In this document: positions 60,057 through 64,000 of the stretch, in pieces
How the letters are laid out: the number at the start of each line of letters is the position of its first letter
Numbering within the stretch: position 1 is the stretch's first letter
Origin: Escherichia coli
Lineage (GTDB): Bacteria; Pseudomonadota; Gammaproteobacteria; Enterobacterales; Enterobacteriaceae
Assembly (NCBI GenBank): GCA_032372955.1
Contig: GCA_032372955.1_4725.1
DNA length: 64,000 bases
Direction: 5' to 3' (one strand)
Program-made: the position numbers and the translations under genes
Notes under the pieces: model-generated
The model's database searches: none
Told to the model about the DNA's origin: nothing
What the model saw: only the letters and a program-made list of their open reading frames with translations

Positions 60057-62669
60057 ATGAAGTTACATGAAACCGCGCAAAATGAAATACTAAGATTGGT
60101 CAACGAGAAAAACGGACTTTCTCTTACTTCCGACGATGTTGTATTTGCACGTGTTCTATCGGCACCCGAAACAACCTCCATTCTTTTTAAAGGGAAAGAT
60201 GGAAGCCGGTATTACAAATCCGTATTCGTCTCGTTGGTTAAACGAGACCTCGCTAAAGCGTTCTTGGGAATACCTGTCAAGATTATCATTGAAGAAGATA
60301 CCCAGTTACGTGAAATCATGCAAGAGGTCGCTGACCGTTACGGTATTGCCTTTGATCTCGCAACCGACTTCCTACAAGGACAATTAAATAAAACGACAAC
60401 AACGTCTACCACAGGCCGCCAATCCGTTAAAGTAACAGCGGATGAGGGAAGTTTGGTTTGGGCGGGCGATCTTGTACTAACCGTTGAAAACCGTAAATAC
60501 AACCTGTTGTCGCTTATTCAGCATCTTGACCTTACCGGACTGAAATATCTTAACGACGATAGAACGAAGGGTGACGTCGAGTTATTGATTGCTGGCATCG
60601 ACCCCGTTCGCTTTGTAGGTCTCGCAAACTTACAACAGGGTGAGGTCATTTACCCCGCCTTAGCCCACCGCATCGCGGATGCGATTCATCGAGAAAACGC
60701 GCCGGAAGATATCGGTTTACCCGCGCTACGTGGGTTATTTGAAAACGCAACAGTCACGAAGGTCGAACGTACGGACCTCGGCGATGCGTACAGTGTTCCG
60801 ATTAATACGAACGACCATTATCAAGGTACTGCCGTATTCCATCTCAATAATGGCAACCCTAAAGGCGCACCAACCTACCGCTACGCAAAAGGTACGCGTA
60901 ACCTCTGGCAACCGATGTATTGGATTATCAACGGTCAGTCAACAGAGAACTTCGCGGTTGTCAGTGAAGACATGGTACTTAATGCGTATATGCGATGCCA
61001 TACCGCTAACGGGTTGGTCGGGATAGAATGGCGGACAACGGATACGCTGGATCACGGCTGTATTGCGTATGATCCCATGACGTCGTTGCTTGGTTTGATC
61101 TTTAAAGCGAAGATCACGTTTACTGGCGATCAGCGTAACTTTGCAGATACCGAACACCCGCCGGTTTTAACCGTTGTACACAAAGACGATAGCCGTCAGT
61201 ATATCTCATTAACCCGATACGCGACAGATGTCTCTGAAGACGGTAGAAGCGCAATCGTAACGATCGATTTCAACGACGCAATGGCGGGGTTCTATGCTGA
61301 CGAACCTATCGAACTCGAATCGGTAACGTCGTTGATGTTCAGCATGAGTTCTCGACATTATAAGGAAGATGCGACTGAAACGACCTATCTGGAAACACCG
61401 ATCGACCTCGGCTTAACCATCGAGATTCTTCCTATCGATGGGGTGTATCAGGAAATGACGGTTAGTCGCCACCACTGTACGCCACACGAACTTCGTGCGA
61501 TAACCGCTTATGATGACCATTACAACATCACGCCGGAGCGTGTATTTGAGAACCTGGTGTATGCGGGATATCAAGATGAATTAGTGCATTATGTTGGGAT
61601 GTCGCATTTCTACGATACTGTCTGGACACCAAGTGCGGGTAAGTTACTGGTGAACACCACGGATGTATTAAATCCGCCCTGTATTGCGTGGCATGAAGCG
61701 TTCGCCGCATATGCTGCAAAACACCATTTCTCTGTCACCATCAGTTTAAGTTACGAATTGATGAGTACAGCATGCCCGTTCGAGTGGGCGCAGCAGGATT
61801 GGGAAGGAAACATCGCAGCAACCGGATATACGCCACCGTCTTGGTTGTTGTCTCCATGCAACCAACAGGCGATGGCGTGGTTAGGGGATGTGTTAACCGC
61901 GTTTGCCGATATCATCTACCCTCATGTCCAGGACATTTGTGTGCAGGTAGGTGAACCTTGGTGGTGGATCAACACGGCGAACAACAAACCGTGTATCTAC
62001 GATTACCAAACCAAACTGGCTTTCAATAACCGATATCCCAACAAATATGCCGCAGACATCGGTGATATCAACAACCCATTATCCGGCGGTGACTACGATC
62101 TCTACGTTGAGTTTTGTAACGACCAGTTAGGATACAGTTGCTGGAATCTCGTTAACCGGGTAAAATCGAAATACACGCAGATCAAAACCGGTATTCTTCC
62201 GTTCTTACCGACGATCATGTCGAATGCGTTCACGGAGAAACTCAATCTTCCCAAAGCATGGTATAATCCAGAGAAATTCGATCGGTTCTATTCGGAGTGT
62301 TACGACTGGATTATTGAGACGCATGTCACCAAGGCTGAGCAAGCGATCACCATTCCGCGAGATACGCTTGGTTTCCCGGTTAGTCAGATCCACTATTACC
62401 TGGGATTTGTTCCTGGTGAAGATCTCGCACCGCTTTATGGATTCGATGTTAAAACGCCGTATAAACGCGAACTCTGGAAACGTATCATGGGTAACCACGC
62501 AAATAACCTGGATATGTTCGAAGGACTCACTCAGTACATCTGGGCGTATCCGCAGTTCATCGGTGATAGCATCATTCCAGGCCAGGTTCCCGAAGAGTTT
62601 TATTTCCTCGGAAAACGTTATGATATCATTCGTACGGACATTCCTTTTGATTTTACGCCGGACGCTTAA
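60057..62669 (+). CDS. putative receptor-binding protein / tailspike with shared N-terminal anchor domain
   Basis: GAGG RBS; N-terminus NEILRLVNEKNGLSLT..VKRDLAKAFLGIPVKIIIE..DRYGIAFDLATDF paralogous to 10243..11694 and 53839..54366; large unrelated C-terminal domain. Confidence 0.55.
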   Translation: MKLHETAQNEILRLVNEKNGLSLTSDDVVFARVLSAPETTSILFKGKDGSRYYKSVFVSLVKRDLAKAFLGIPVKIIIEEDTQLREIMQEVADRYGIAFDLATDFLQGQLNKTTTTSTTGRQSVKVTADEGSLVWAGDLVLTVENRKYNLLSLIQHLDLTGLKYLNDDRTKGDVELLIAGIDPVRFVGLANLQQGEVIYPALAHRIADAIHRENAPEDIGLPALRGLFENATVTKVERTDLGDAYSVPINTNDHYQGTAVFHLNNGNPKGAPTYRYAKGTRNLWQPMYWIINGQSTENFAVVSEDMVLNAYMRCHTANGLVGIEWRTTDTLDHGCIAYDPMTSLLGLIFKAKITFTGDQRNFADTEHPPVLTVVHKDDSRQYISLTRYATDVSEDGRSAIVTIDFNDAMAGFYADEPIELESVTSLMFSMSSRHYKEDATETTYLETPIDLGLTIEILPIDGVYQEMTVSRHHCTPHELRAITAYDDHYNITPERVFENLVYAGYQDELVHYVGMSHFYDTVWTPSAGKLLVNTTDVLNPPCIAWHEAFAAYAAKHHFSVTISLSYELMSTACPFEWAQQDWEGNIAATGYTPPSWLLSPCNQQAMAWLGDVLTAFADIIYPHVQDICVQVGEPWWWINTANNKPCIYDYQTKLAFNNRYPNKYAADIGDINNPLSGGDYDLYVEFCNDQLGYSCWNLVNRVKSKYTQIKTGILPFLPTIMSNAFTEKLNLPKAWYNPEKFDRFYSECYDWIIETHVTKAEQAITIPRDTLGFPVSQIHYYLGFVPGEDLAPLYGFDVKTPYKRELWKRIMGNHANNLDMFEGLTQYIWAYPQFIGDSIIPGQVPEEFYFLGKRYDIIRTDIPFDFTPDA

Positions 62670-62690
62670 CACGTTGGAGGTGGTGTCTAC

Positions 62691-63260
62691 ATGAAAGTAA
62701 AAGACCTTTACAAAATAAAACCGCAAACGATGGGTACTGCGAGCTTGGTTCTCGTTGATGGGCGCTCCCTGGTTGATGCGCTTAATAGTTACGACAACAT
62801 CAACATTCCTGTCGGTCAACGATTAAGCATACAGCGGTTAAAAAACTATCTCGATGATGCTGGATTAGCTCCTGACACACGAAAAGAAATCGAAGAATTG
62901 GAAATCGATGAAACGAGTTCCGTTGAAGGTAATCTTCCTGATCTTACCGCTATTCACGATAAGGCTAATCAACCCGCTGTCCAAAACTTCGTTGTGGTCA
63001 TTGCAACAATCTCTCTCTTTTTGGTGACGTTAGTATACACCGGTATCTGGGCATGGCTTGCGTTCGTCGCGCAAACCAAACCGAGCATTAACCATCTGTT
63101 CGTTCTGGCTGCTTGCTGGACGATGGTGATCTGGAAATCACAAGGCATCATCAGTCGCGAACGTCGTGATTTGATGTCGGTTATCGTCGGCGATGCGCCA
63201 AGTAAAAATCGCTTTTGGGATAATATCGAAAGCCTAGGTAAAGTGATGAAGAATCGTTGA
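62691..63260 (+). CDS. membrane protein
   Basis: GGAGGTGG RBS; two or three hydrophobic helices in the C-terminal half. Confidence 0.5.
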   Translation: MKVKDLYKIKPQTMGTASLVLVDGRSLVDALNSYDNINIPVGQRLSIQRLKNYLDDAGLAPDTRKEIEELEIDETSSVEGNLPDLTAIHDKANQPAVQNFVVVIATISLFLVTLVYTGIWAWLAFVAQTKPSINHLFVLAACWTMVIWKSQGIISRERRDLMSVIVGDAPSKNRFWDNIESLGKVMKNR

Positions 63261-63269
63261 GGGTAACAC

Positions 63270-63644
63270 ATGGCTGATACCACCCCACCATGGATCGATC
63301 TGAATGTGCATCTTGTCTGGCGTTACGCTGGACGTTACACCCACGCGCACGATTTTAACGACGGTAAACTTAGTTATTACAGCATCGCTTTTACCGAAGC
63401 ACAAATACGTGCGTGGTTCGCTCAACTGAATTATCCCAATTTGATTGCAAAGAAAAGCTATTCAATGTCAAGAACACGATTAACTGTGACATTGGAGCTG
63501 TTCAATAAATCAACGTGGGTTGACGCGTACCGGCTTCGTGAGGTTATTGATAGGCAGTTCCGTAAGCATCGTCATGAAGTGCCATCAATGCCGAAGAAAG
63601 ATCCTATTGTTCCACCGGAAGATGCCATCTGGAACGAACATTAA
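63270..63644 (+). CDS. hypothetical protein
   Basis: 124 codons. Confidence 0.5.
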   Translation: MADTTPPWIDLNVHLVWRYAGRYTHAHDFNDGKLSYYSIAFTEAQIRAWFAQLNYPNLIAKKSYSMSRTRLTVTLELFNKSTWVDAYRLREVIDRQFRKHRHEVPSMPKKDPIVPPEDAIWNEH

Positions 63645-63659
63645 TAACATAACAGCATA

Positions 63660-63698
63660 AGCCCTCTCCCAACCCGTAAGGGAAGGGAGAGGGCTATG
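63660..63698. terminator. stem-loop with 14-nt loop AACCCGTAAGGGAA between convergent genes; CTATG follows
   Basis: AGCCCTCTCCC(63660-63670)/GGGAGAGGGCT(63685-63695). Confidence 0.55.
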
Positions 63699-63709
63699 TT
63701 ACCTTTACA

Positions 63710-63994
63710 TTAGAACAAGTAGAAATGAACGTTTGGTACGGTGGCAAGATACTGTTTGATTTGTGCGCGTACCCATTGAGGCTGGATTGTCTCGGATTGT
63801 CCGTAACCGATATTACCGCAACCAGAACCGACCGGAGGAATTGCAACGATCAGCGGTTCAGCCGGACGCCGATATGAGAAGCCGTCTCTTTCGAACTGAA
63901 GCTCCAATAACCACGCTTTTAACGCCAGTAAACCGTTAACGATATACTCGCGTCGTGTTCTTTCGCGCCAATCCGATTTTGATGGAAACAACAC
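63710..63994 (-). CDS. hypothetical protein (near window edge)
   Basis: Minus-strand ORF converging on stem-loop 63660..63695. Confidence 0.4.
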   Translation of the reverse strand: MLFPSKSDWRERTRREYIVNGLLALKAWLLELQFERDGFSYRRPAEPLIVAIPPVGSGCGNIGYGQSETIQPQWVRAQIKQYLATVPNVHFYLF

Positions 63995-64000
63995 GTAGGT

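Overview
This window looks like part of a large (jumbo-type) tailed bacteriophage genome, probably from an enterobacterial or other gammaproteobacterial host (inferred from the E. coli-like thymidylate synthase and tail-fibre chaperone). I annotate about 90 tightly packed genes, almost all on the plus strand. Coordinates were read by eye from the ORF track and sequence; several start codons were moved to the first plausible ATG/GTG with a ribosome-binding site. The most distinctive content is two highly divergent multisubunit RNA polymerase modules (beta-like 1056..3224, beta-prime-like 5297..7303), as seen in phiKZ-like phages. Other recognisable genes are two SF2 helicases, an HD phosphohydrolase, a metallophosphoesterase, thymidylate synthase with insertions, NAD-dependent DNA ligase, a GNAT acetyltransferase, a SAM-dependent methyltransferase, a SleB-like cell-wall hydrolase, and a tail-fibre module (1198-aa structural protein, 1292-aa repeat-rich fibre, Tfa chaperone, lipoprotein, 870-aa receptor-binding protein). 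Three proteins share an N-terminal anchor domain, six tandem genes encode paralogous HTH proteins, and three tandem genes form another paralog family. Intergenic regions carry about 20 GC-rich stem-loops, many followed by a TTATGC motif, plus two copies of a 20-nt TATATTAC-containing motif. I recognised no rRNA, tRNA, CRISPR array, integrase or transposase. All homology statements come from motif inspection by eye and need confirmation with HMM or structure searches.
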